A stretch of DNA of 62,034 nucleotides, filler included, from Candidatus Desantisbacteria bacterium CG1_02_49_89 (lineage in GTDB: Bacteria > Desantisbacteria > UBA1551): assembly GCA_001871075.1 (NCBI GenBank). It is 5 parts of 5 records of this genome, joined end to end, with 100 filler letters (N's around TTAATTAATTAA, not from the genome) between each part and the next. Parts side by side here need not be neighbours in the genome. Positions count along the whole stretch, not along the records: positions 15,359 to 29,954 come from MNUP01000088.1; 4 more parts are not named here. The stretch is one strand, 5' to 3'. The notes below the pieces were generated by a model, which did not search any database, had not been told where the DNA came from, and saw nothing but the letters and a program-made list of their open reading frames with translations. Shown here in pieces: positions 16,438 to 24,701 of the stretch. The translations under genes were made by a program, and so were the position numbers. The number at the start of each line of letters is the position of its first letter. Within the stretch, counting starts at the first letter, position 1.

Positions 16438-16944
16438 ATGAAGAAAATGATCGTTTTATTCCTGGCGGGAGTTGTAATGGCATGGACAGCTCAGGCAGGT
16501 GCGTTTGATCTTGCGGTAGGAGTAAGGTATTTCAGCGGAAGTTATCTGGGATTAACGTATAGAGATGAAATGCGTCTGCTATCCTCGCAATCCGGCACAA
16601 TCCAGGTAGAAGCCTTGATCGGACCGATCCAGTTCGCAATGGGGAATGCCATAGTTGGAACCGGTAATGCATGGCCTGTAACAATAGGATATATATTTAA
16701 GTTTCCTACACCTGTTATAAAACCCTATTTAGGCGTAGATCTCTCTTTTCTGCTGGATGTGGATGCCTCCACATATCCCGGATACAGTATTATATTTACA
16801 GTTCAGCCAAAGGGCGGGGTGGAGGTGTATTTGGGGTCTATAAGCGTATACTGCGGTGTGGGTTATAGCCTGGTAAGTTATAATGGTTTTGTTCCGGTTG
16901 GATTGAATTGGGAACTCGGCGCAAGATACTATCTATTGAAATGA
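16438..16944 (+). CDS. Putative outer-membrane beta-barrel protein
   Basis: Signal peptide, alternating beta strands, PYLG motif, C-terminal GARYY. Confidence 0.6.
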   Translation: MKKMIVLFLAGVVMAWTAQAGAFDLAVGVRYFSGSYLGLTYRDEMRLLSSQSGTIQVEALIGPIQFAMGNAIVGTGNAWPVTIGYIFKFPTPVIKPYLGVDLSFLLDVDASTYPGYSIIFTVQPKGGVEVYLGSISVYCGVGYSLVSYNGFVPVGLNWELGARYYLLK

Positions 16945-17026
16945 TGCAACAAAGGGGCAGGGGATCAGATATCAGATATTAGTGAAGGTAAAAAAACCAT
17001 TTTAAGTTCTTTTGAATGAACAAACA

Positions 17027-17062
17027 ACCGGCCGCTTTCATATGGCCGGTTTTTTGTTTTTT
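17027..17062 (+). terminator. Intrinsic terminator
   Basis: accggcc...ggccggt followed by a T run. Confidence 0.7.
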
Positions 17063-17144
17063 CTTGACCCCATGCTGTCCCGATAAAAGAATCGGGACAA
17101 GATGTCGGGATCTGCGTCAGGAAGCATAAAAGTGGGGTTTTTCC

Positions 17145-17173
17145 TTGACTTTTTTGGGATTTTCCTGTATACT
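17145..17173 (+). promoter_or_regulatory. Sigma70 promoter
   Basis: TTGACT-17bp-TATACT upstream of the zeta-like gene. Confidence 0.6.
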
Positions 17174-17271
17174 ATATAAGACTATAATAAATCTGAATAA
17201 ATTTATTAACCCATATAACATATTTAATAGTGAAAGCCCGGTGTTAAGGCAAATAATCCTTATCTGAAATT

Positions 17272-17847
17272 ATGAAAAATGTATATATCATAGCTGGACC
17301 AAATGGTTCGGGTAAGACAACTTTCGCAAAAAAGTTTTTACCTGATTATGCCAGGTGCCCGAATTTTGTGAATGCCGACCTTATCACCAAGGGCCTTTCT
17401 CCTTTTTCTGCGCGAATTTCAGCAATAAGGGCAGGCAGGATCGTTCTTGAACAACTGCGCTATTATGCAAACAGGAATATGGATTTTGCTTTTGAAACGA
17501 CGCTGTCAGGTAAAACATACATCAATTTTATCAAGGAACTGAGGGGAAAAGGGTATAATTTCCATATTTTCTTTTTGTGGATTCCATCTGCGGAATTAGC
17601 TCTATCGCGCATTAAAGACAGGGTGTCTGACGGCGGGCACGATGTTCCGCCGAAAGATGTGCGCCGCCGTTTTGGGCGTAGCATTTATAACTTTTTTAAA
17701 TTCTATAAGCCGTTTCTTCATTCCTGGATACTGTTTAATAATTCCGGATCTAAACCAAAGCTGATCGCGGAAGAAAAAGAGGGAAAATTCAGCATTGCCG
17801 ACAAGGACTTATTTAATATAATTGAAAAGCAGGGAGTTGGGTCATGA
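17272..17847 (+). CDS. Zeta-toxin-like P-loop ATPase
   Basis: AGPNGSGKTT, FVNAD, FAFETTLSG, RVSDGGHDVP. Confidence 0.88.
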   Translation: MKNVYIIAGPNGSGKTTFAKKFLPDYARCPNFVNADLITKGLSPFSARISAIRAGRIVLEQLRYYANRNMDFAFETTLSGKTYINFIKELRGKGYNFHIFFLWIPSAELALSRIKDRVSDGGHDVPPKDVRRRFGRSIYNFFKFYKPFLHSWILFNNSGSKPKLIAEEKEGKFSIADKDLFNIIEKQGVGS

Positions 17848-18011
17848 AGAAAAGATACACTCTTCAGGAAAAAGCCTTCCTTGCGCTAAAGGAAGCGGTA
17901 AGGGAAGTAGTTAAGCGTCATCAAGAGACGAAACGTCCGCTTGCTGTCTGGCAGAATGGCAGGGTTGTCTTGGTGTCTGCTGATAAATTCTCACCCAACA
18001 ACGGAAAATAA
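17844..18011 (+). CDS. Small 55-aa partner of the zeta-like ATPase (putative antitoxin)
   Basis: ATGA overlap; hand translation MKKRYTLQEKAFLALKEAVREVVKRHQETKRPLAVWQNGRVVLV... Confidence 0.65.
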   Translation: MKKRYTLQEKAFLALKEAVREVVKRHQETKRPLAVWQNGRVVLVSADKFSPNNGK

Positions 18012-18062
18012 GAATTGAGATCGTAACTAAACGTCGAAGTATATTAACTAAATGTCGTTAGC

Positions 18063-18312
18063 GGGGCGCTGTAAGGACCCTCGCTGCTTTTAGCAGCTCA
18101 GAACCTTGTTGCTTGATAACTAAACGTCGAGGGCATGACGCAATATGCTCAGGTGCCCTTCGCTATAGATCATAAGCAAGACTGAACGTGTTAAATAAAC
18201 ATCGGGGGTGGGGCGCTGTAAGAACCTTCACCACCTTTCGGTGGTTCAGAACCTTGTTGCTTGATAACTAAACGTCGAGGGCATGACGCAATATGCTCAG
18301 GTGCCCTTCGCT
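18063..18312. repeat. Two ~102-bp direct repeats containing hairpins
   Basis: 18063-18164 and 18210-18312; last 67 nt identical. Confidence 0.9.
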
Positions 18313-18340
18313 CCAGGCGATGGGTTCTAGACGTAGGCAT

Positions 18341-18414
18341 GCGCCTGTAGCTCAGGTGGATAGAGCAACGGTTTCCTAAACCGTTTGTCGGGAGTTCGAG
18401 TCCCCCCAGGCGCA
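18341..18414 (+). tRNA. tRNA-Arg(CCT)
   Basis: Acceptor gcgcctg/caggcgc, D arm gctc/gagc, anticodon arm acggt-ttCCTaa-accgt, T loop TTCGAGT; CCA not encoded. Confidence 0.95.
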
Positions 18415-18740
18415 TTTTTTCGCAAAGCGAAAAAATGGAGCAATCGAGCAATAGAAAATAGAGAATAGAGTAAGGAATGCGAGATTGCGGTCTATTATCC
18501 ATTGCTCTATTTTCAATATTAGTAACTATAACTCGAACTCAAGGGAGCGCAAGCTCCCTTACTGAGTGCGGAATTCGATATGCCAGCGACAAAACCCTGA
18601 GAGAATGTTGCCGAAAGGCAAAATGCCCCCAGGCGCATTTTTTCCCCGCAGGGAAAAAATAGAATCCGCCCAGCATAATTGGCGGATGGTCTATTATCTA
18701 TTGCTCTATTCCCAGGTTTCATACTTATTATACTATATCA

Positions 18741-19439
18741 ATGGAGGAAATGATGCGCGTGACAAAGGAAGAACTAAAGAAAGACAACCTGCTATTGGAT
18801 ATAGAGAATATCGCGGAATTCTTCAAGGGCATGTGGCAGAAACACAGGGACAGGATAATAGTCGGCCTGCTGATAGGCGGCGTGGCAGTGCTATTCCTCA
18901 TAATTTTCATTTTCACTTCCATCAGAAGCAATAACGAGGCGTCCAGAAAGTTCAACGCGGCGTTGCTCACATACGCGAACACGAACATGAGCCCGGCAGA
19001 CAGATACGGCAGCGCGAAAAAGGCGTTTGAAACTGTTCTGGAGGAGCACCCCCGCACCACAATAGCGTCAGACCTGCGCCAGTACCTTGCCAACTGCTAT
19101 TTTTTCCTGGGGGAATACGACAATGCCATAGAGACCTTCGGGAAGAACGCGACCGGGCTGGGGAGCGGGTCCAGGGCGATATACGCAATGGAGGGCATCG
19201 GGAAATCCTACGAGGGAAAAGGCGACATCCAGACAGCCCTGCAGACATACCGGGATGCTGTAAAGAAATATCCCAGGCATTTTCTTGTCGCGCTGCTGCA
19301 CATGGATATGGGCGGCTGTTATGAGAAGACGGGAAAACAAAACGAAGCAGCCGCGGAATACCAGAAGACCATTGACATGGATTCAGGCAGCCTGTTTGCA
19401 AAAGACGCGAGGACAAGGCTGAGCCTGATGGGAAGATAA
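18741..19439 (+). CDS. Membrane-anchored TPR protein (YfgM-like)
   Basis: KEELKKD N-terminus, single TM, TPR helices. Confidence 0.8.
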   Translation: MEEMMRVTKEELKKDNLLLDIENIAEFFKGMWQKHRDRIIVGLLIGGVAVLFLIIFIFTSIRSNNEASRKFNAALLTYANTNMSPADRYGSAKKAFETVLEEHPRTTIASDLRQYLANCYFFLGEYDNAIETFGKNATGLGSGSRAIYAMEGIGKSYEGKGDIQTALQTYRDAVKKYPRHFLVALLHMDMGGCYEKTGKQNEAAAEYQKTIDMDSGSLFAKDARTRLSLMGR

Positions 19440-19440
19440 T

Positions 19441-19580
19441 CCCCAACAAGTTGGGGCACCCTGAGTCCCCAACAAGTTGGGGCACCCTGAGTCCCCAACA
19501 AGTTGGGGCACCCTGNNNNNNNNAACAAGTTGGGGCACCCAACCCGAACAAGTTCGGGCATCCAGCTGGGGCACCCTGAG
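19441..19580. repeat. Tandem array of a 26-bp palindromic unit with an internal N gap
   Basis: ccccaacaagttggggcaccctgagt about three times, then degenerate copies. Confidence 0.9.
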
Positions 19581-19586
19581 GAAAAA

Positions 19587-20273
19587 ATGCTGAAAGTTGA
19601 TATGCACGTCCACACAAAATATTCCGCTGACAGCGCGCTTGCGGTTGAAAGGCTCTTCAGTGCATGCGTTGACAAGGGAATAAACTGCGTCGTGGTAACA
19701 GATCACGATACCATTGAGGGCGCTCTTAAGGCAGGGGAAACAGCGCCGCCGGATTTTAAGGTTATAATAGGCCAGGAGATAAGGACGCTTGACGGGGAAA
19801 TAACAGGGCTTTTCATGAAAGAGCCGGTTCCGCCCAACCTGACAGCCGAGGAAACGATCAGAAGGATCAAGGCGCAGGGAGGGCTTGTTTCCATTCCCCA
19901 TCCATTCAGTTTTTTCCGCAGGGAGTCCATATACAAGAAGAAGCTTTACGAACTCTACGGGCAGGTGGATATAATAGAATGCTACAACGCCAGGAACTTC
20001 CTGTTTTTTGAGAATATGCGCGCGATAAAATTCGCAAAAGAAAGAAACCTTATTATGGGCGCCGGCAGCGATGCGCACCACCAGTGCGAAATAGGCAATA
20101 TGTACGTTGAAATGGACGATTTCGCCACTAAGGAAGAATTCCTGGCGAACCTGAAGAAGGGCAGGATAGTTATGACGGACTACTCCAGGCGCGTAGGAAG
20201 TTTTATGATAGAAGCGTTCCTCTTCCTTGCCTGGGTGAAGATATATAACTTATTCAGGAAAAAATATACTTAG
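19587..20273 (+). CDS. PHP-domain metal-dependent phosphoesterase
   Basis: DMHVHT, TDHDT, IPHPF, GSDAH. Confidence 0.9.
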   Translation: MLKVDMHVHTKYSADSALAVERLFSACVDKGINCVVVTDHDTIEGALKAGETAPPDFKVIIGQEIRTLDGEITGLFMKEPVPPNLTAEETIRRIKAQGGLVSIPHPFSFFRRESIYKKKLYELYGQVDIIECYNARNFLFFENMRAIKFAKERNLIMGAGSDAHHQCEIGNMYVEMDDFATKEEFLANLKKGRIVMTDYSRRVGSFMIEAFLFLAWVKIYNLFRKKYT

Positions 20274-20285
20274 GCCGAACGTAAA

Positions 20286-21047
20286 GTGATAAACCTGGAT
20301 GTCAGCTGGGTAAAAAACATAAATTGTTTTCAGGAACTGCCTTCCACCCAGGACCTCGCGCTCCAGCTTGCTAAAGAAGGCGCGGAGGAAGGGACCCTTG
20401 TCGTAAGCGAAGCGCAGAATTCGGGCAGGGGAAGAAGGGGCAATTCCTGGTTCTCCCCGAAAGGTGGGCTGTGGTTTTCGTTCGTCCTCAGGCCCGCTGC
20501 AGGTATCGAAGGATCTGTTGCCGCGTTTAATCTCGGAATAGGCCTTTCGGTCATACGGGCGGTAAAAAAGATCGCGGGGATCGGTGCGCTTATCAAGTGG
20601 CCCAACGATATTCTATGCGGCGGGAAGAAGCTAGGCGGGATAATCGCGGACGCGGGGACCGGAAAAGAAGGCCCGGCGTATGTTGTGGCAGGCATAGGGA
20701 TAAATACGAATGTTCCTGCGGATGCTTTTCCTCCGCAGATCCGGGACACCGCGGTTTCTTTGCAGGGCCTTGGGCGCAGTGTGGATAACCTTGAGCTCAT
20801 GGGCAGGATACTTGAAGAGACCGGAAGGATGTATAGGGTTTTTACCAGGGACGGTTTCAGTCCGATCCTTGCGGAAGTAAAAAAGAGCTGTTATACTATC
20901 GGGAAGAAGATCAGGGTGTTCGGCGCTGGTAATTATGGGACGGTGACAGGAAGGGCTGTGGACATCAGCAGGAAAGGCGGGCTTGTCCTGAAGACAGATG
21001 CGGGGGAGGTCATAGAGATCTTTTCGGGGAACGTGGAAATGATTTAA
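20286..21047 (+). CDS. birA: Biotin--[acetyl-CoA carboxylase] ligase, lacking HTH
   Basis: STQD, QNSGRGRRG.SWFSP, KWPNDI, KLGGI, GIGIN. Confidence 0.93.
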   Translation: MINLDVSWVKNINCFQELPSTQDLALQLAKEGAEEGTLVVSEAQNSGRGRRGNSWFSPKGGLWFSFVLRPAAGIEGSVAAFNLGIGLSVIRAVKKIAGIGALIKWPNDILCGGKKLGGIIADAGTGKEGPAYVVAGIGINTNVPADAFPPQIRDTAVSLQGLGRSVDNLELMGRILEETGRMYRVFTRDGFSPILAEVKKSCYTIGKKIRVFGAGNYGTVTGRAVDISRKGGLVLKTDAGEVIEIFSGNVEMI

Positions 21048-21149
21048 TACTAAAGCGTGTCAACGTGTCCCGCCCAGCAAGATTGGCGGGCAGGCGCCGT
21101 GTCAGCGTATCAGAGTTTAATAATTAACTGTGACAGTGCATGGCGGGAG

Positions 21150-21923
21150 ATGAAAAAAAATAAGAGTAAAATATTACTTGCGGTGGATATGGGCAATACG
21201 GCTGTCACTGCGGGTATTTTCAGGGGCAGGACGCTTGTCGAAGACAGAATATCGGCGGATATAAAAAATTTCAGGAAGGAACTGGCGCGCCTTCTGAAGA
21301 CCGTAAACGGCGCAAAAGCAGGCGCGGTATACGTTTCTTCAGTTGTGCCCTGCAGGGATATTCTACTTGCCGGGATCCTTCGAAAAGCAACGGGATTAAA
21401 CCCGCATTTTATAAAACTGAAAGACGCCGGGATCCCGGTGCTCTGCGACAGGCCTTTTGAGGTTGGGACAGACCGCATACTGAATGCTGTTGCGGCTCAC
21501 CGGTTGTCCACAAGAGAGGCCATAGTCGTTGATTGCGGCACAGCCACAACATTTGACGCGGTTTCAAGGAAGGGAGAATACCTCGGAGGCGCGATAACAG
21601 CCGGTATAGGTATATCATCAGAAGCGCTTTGGACCAGATGCGCGAAACTACGTCGTAGATTCTCACTTAAAACGCCGGGCAGGATCCTGGGCAGGAATAC
21701 CGTTGACGCGATGCGTTCCGGCATTATAAACGGTCATACTTCAATGATAGAAGGTATGGTCGCAAGGCTTAAAAAGGAATTGAGGTCCGATCCTGTTGTC
21801 ATAGGAACGGGCGGATATATATCGCTGGTGGCAAGATCAACAAAGATCTTCGACATTATCGACCCGGACCTGACACTGAAGGGCATCTGGCTTGTCTGGC
21901 AGAAGAAGCAAGTTAAAAGTTGA
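21150..21923 (+). CDS. coaX: Type III pantothenate kinase
   Basis: DMGNT, SSVVP, GTDR, DCGTATT, GTGG, LTLKG. Confidence 0.93.
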   Translation: MKKNKSKILLAVDMGNTAVTAGIFRGRTLVEDRISADIKNFRKELARLLKTVNGAKAGAVYVSSVVPCRDILLAGILRKATGLNPHFIKLKDAGIPVLCDRPFEVGTDRILNAVAAHRLSTREAIVVDCGTATTFDAVSRKGEYLGGAITAGIGISSEALWTRCAKLRRRFSLKTPGRILGRNTVDAMRSGIINGHTSMIEGMVARLKKELRSDPVVIGTGGYISLVARSTKIFDIIDPDLTLKGIWLVWQKKQVKS

Positions 21924-22065
21924 AGGTTGAAAGTTTAAAGTACAAGATTTCCACGAAATCACGAAAGTATCACGAAAACACGAAAATTTCTTATCTTGCT
22001 AATGACTGTTTTAAAAACACCGTAATCTCTTTTAGAAATCACCGTAATCAAAAAATGGAGGTATA

Positions 22066-23100
22066 ATGAGGGCGGCTGTATATCTGGGAAAAGAATCGAT
22101 CGAAGTAAAGGACGTTGATAAGCCGAAGGTTGGAGACGGCGAGGTACTGGTCAAGGTGGAATCATGCGCTATATGCGGCACGGACATACGCACATATTTC
22201 CATGGTCACCACGCTATCAAGCCCCCGCACATACTGGGTCACGAAGTTGCGGGGACGATAGCGGAAACCGGAGCCGGGGTTGAGGGTTACAAGACCGGCC
22301 AGAAGGTCCACATGGTCACTGAAGTAGGGTGCGGAAGGTGCGGTTTCTGCAGGCAGGGAAGGCACAACCTCTGCCCTGACCTGAGGGCAATGGCATACTA
22401 TTACCAGGGCGGTTTTGCGGAATACATACTTATCCCAAAGGAAGGCGTGATGCAGGGCAACCTTCTTGATATACCGGCTGGCCTTTCTTATGATGAGGCA
22501 ACTCTTGCCGAGCCGCTTTCCTGCTGTATTAACGCGCAGGAATACCTGGGTATAACTTTCGGGGATATGGTCCTCGTTATCGGCGCAGGGCCTATCGGTT
22601 GTTTCCACGTTGAACTTGCAAGGCTTTCAGGCGCGACAAAGATCGTGCTTGCCGACATTTCCGAGGAAAGGCTCGCACTGGCAAAGAAATTCGGGGTCAC
22701 AGCTCTGGTGAACAGCGCCAAGGAAGACCTGGTCGGAAGGATAAAGGAAATGACCGCGGGCTGCGGCGCGAATGTCATAATCACTGCCTGCCCGGACCCC
22801 AAAGCCCAGGAACAGGCCCTGCAGATGATAGCCCCAAGGGGAAGGATATGTTTCTTCGGAGGCCTGCCAGGCGGAAAGACTATTACCATAGAGAGTAACA
22901 TCATACATTATAAGGAGTTATCCGTATTCGGGGCGTTCGCTTCATCCGCGCCCCAGTACAGGCAGGCGCTTGAGCTGCTGGCAGGCAGGAGCATAAAAGG
23001 CGCAGACATGATAACACACAAGTTCCCCCTTGAGAAGATCAGGGAGGCGCTGGAAACCGCCAGGAGCGGGAAGGGGCTTAAAGTAATAATAAATCCTTAA
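22066..23100 (+). CDS. Zn-dependent alcohol/polyol dehydrogenase
   Basis: ICGTD, GHE, CGRCGFC..C, GAGPIG. Confidence 0.92.
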   Translation: MRAAVYLGKESIEVKDVDKPKVGDGEVLVKVESCAICGTDIRTYFHGHHAIKPPHILGHEVAGTIAETGAGVEGYKTGQKVHMVTEVGCGRCGFCRQGRHNLCPDLRAMAYYYQGGFAEYILIPKEGVMQGNLLDIPAGLSYDEATLAEPLSCCINAQEYLGITFGDMVLVIGAGPIGCFHVELARLSGATKIVLADISEERLALAKKFGVTALVNSAKEDLVGRIKEMTAGCGANVIITACPDPKAQEQALQMIAPRGRICFFGGLPGGKTITIESNIIHYKELSVFGAFASSAPQYRQALELLAGRSIKGADMITHKFPLEKIREALETARSGKGLKVIINP

Positions 23101-23188
23101 ATGCAGTGTCCAGTTGCCAGTGTCCAGTGTCCAGTTTTTCATGTATTGTAAAATTCATTAAATTTACCGATGATAAAGAGGCAGCAAA

Positions 23189-24658
23189 ATGTCTATGTGC
23201 AAGAGTGTCAAAGTTTTAAATTCATTGAAGATCCTGCTGCTGACAGCAGTTATCGCACTTTCAGCGTTCCCTGACAATGCGATGGGGAAGATCGGACTGA
23301 GCGTTGAACCGGACAGGATAGAAATCACGGGCCGCACGGGAAAAGCCTCAAAACTTATAAGGTTAACCAACACCGGCGATGAAGTGCTCAGCGTCACTCT
23401 AACCGTAAAGGAAATAGCTCAGAACCTGAACGGGGCGTTCATTTTTTCCGACGTGCGTTTTCCCAGGTCCGCAGCCGCGTTCATCAGGCTGAACACGAAT
23501 GTAGTGGAACTGTGGCCGGACCAGATCCATGAGGTTAATATCGATGTGGACGTGCCCGGTAACACGCCCGATGGCGGCCTATACGCCGCGGTCCTTGTAA
23601 ACTACAAAACGATCTCAAAAGGCGAGGAAAGCGAGACCGTGATCCCGGTGATGATGGTTCTCCCGGGCAGACAGATAGTCAAGGGCGAGATATCGGAAGT
23701 ATTTCTGAAGCAGTCGGCAAAGGGAGAGCCGATAGAGGTCACTACCATATTCAAGAATTCGGGAAACGTCCACTTCGCGGTTGCCGGGAAGATCAGGGTT
23801 AAGGACCAGCATGAAAAGGAGATAGCCGCTGTCCCGGTCGAATCCGGCATCATACTTCCCGGTTACTCGGTTCAGTTGAAGGCCATCCTCAACCCCGACA
23901 TGTTTTACGTGGGTTCTTACACGGCAGAAAGCGTTCTGCAGTCAGGTGCATTTTCAAATTCCAGAAGGAAGGTTTTTCAGATACTGCAGCCGCTTGAGAT
24001 GGCGCAGCCCAGGATAAGCCTTGCGGAGCTTAGGGTGGCCAACGTTGAAAAATTCAAGCCGATAACATTCCAGTTCAACGTTGTAAATGAAGGCAACATG
24101 GGCCTTTTCGCCGAAAAGGGCGACATTTCAATAACAGATAAGGCAACGGGAATTGTTGCTGCGTCCACGTCTTTCAAGGGCGGAGCAGTGCCGGTAAAAA
24201 CCAGCAAGAAATACGGCGGTTCATTCCCCGGAGGGCTCCCCACCGGAGAATATTCGATAATAGCAAAAGTGGACTGCGGCATGGGAGACCCGGCTGTCAC
24301 GGAGACAACCTTTAAGGTCTATGAATTTACTCCCGTGGTTAAGGGCGAGATAACAGGTTTCAGCGTGGATATAGATGCAACAGGAATTGTTCCTTCCTTT
24401 GAAAGCAAGCTGACTTTTAAAAATTCCGGTAACATGCCGATATATCTTGAGGGAATGATAGAGGTGAAAGATTCCACGGATGCCGTAGTTGACAAAATAA
24501 GGATAGCCAGGACAGAGTTCGGGGCAGGCATTGCGAAGGTCCTTGTTTCCAAATGGGAGTCCAACCTGCCCAGGGGCATTTACAGCGCAGGCCTGAGCGT
24601 GGCCTTTGACGAGAAGAACACCGCGAATGCGAACACGACAATAGTGGTGAATCCCTGA
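23189..24658 (+). CDS. Secreted multi-Ig-fold protein (PapD/CARDB-like domains)
   Basis: Signal peptide, LTNTG, repeated F.N.GN motifs in beta-rich modules. Confidence 0.6.
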   Translation: MSMCKSVKVLNSLKILLLTAVIALSAFPDNAMGKIGLSVEPDRIEITGRTGKASKLIRLTNTGDEVLSVTLTVKEIAQNLNGAFIFSDVRFPRSAAAFIRLNTNVVELWPDQIHEVNIDVDVPGNTPDGGLYAAVLVNYKTISKGEESETVIPVMMVLPGRQIVKGEISEVFLKQSAKGEPIEVTTIFKNSGNVHFAVAGKIRVKDQHEKEIAAVPVESGIILPGYSVQLKAILNPDMFYVGSYTAESVLQSGAFSNSRRKVFQILQPLEMAQPRISLAELRVANVEKFKPITFQFNVVNEGNMGLFAEKGDISITDKATGIVAASTSFKGGAVPVKTSKKYGGSFPGGLPTGEYSIIAKVDCGMGDPAVTETTFKVYEFTPVVKGEITGFSVDIDATGIVPSFESKLTFKNSGNMPIYLEGMIEVKDSTDAVVDKIRIARTEFGAGIAKVLVSKWESNLPRGIYSAGLSVAFDEKNTANANTTIVVNP

Positions 24659-24701
24659 TTCGTAACATCGTTCATCGTGCATCGTTCATCGCAAAGAGGA
24701 T

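Noticed and set aside
18225-18255. Hammerhead ribozyme on the minus strand (ctga-stem-gaa)
   Set aside because: Lacks the full CUGANGA and GAAA core and stems I/III
18191-18722. Short ORFs over the tRNA and repeat region
   Set aside because: Translations of tRNA antisense and repeats; no protein motifs
19441-19580. Possible CRISPR array
   Set aside because: Units are contiguous with identical linkers, no unique spacers, and no cas genes in the window
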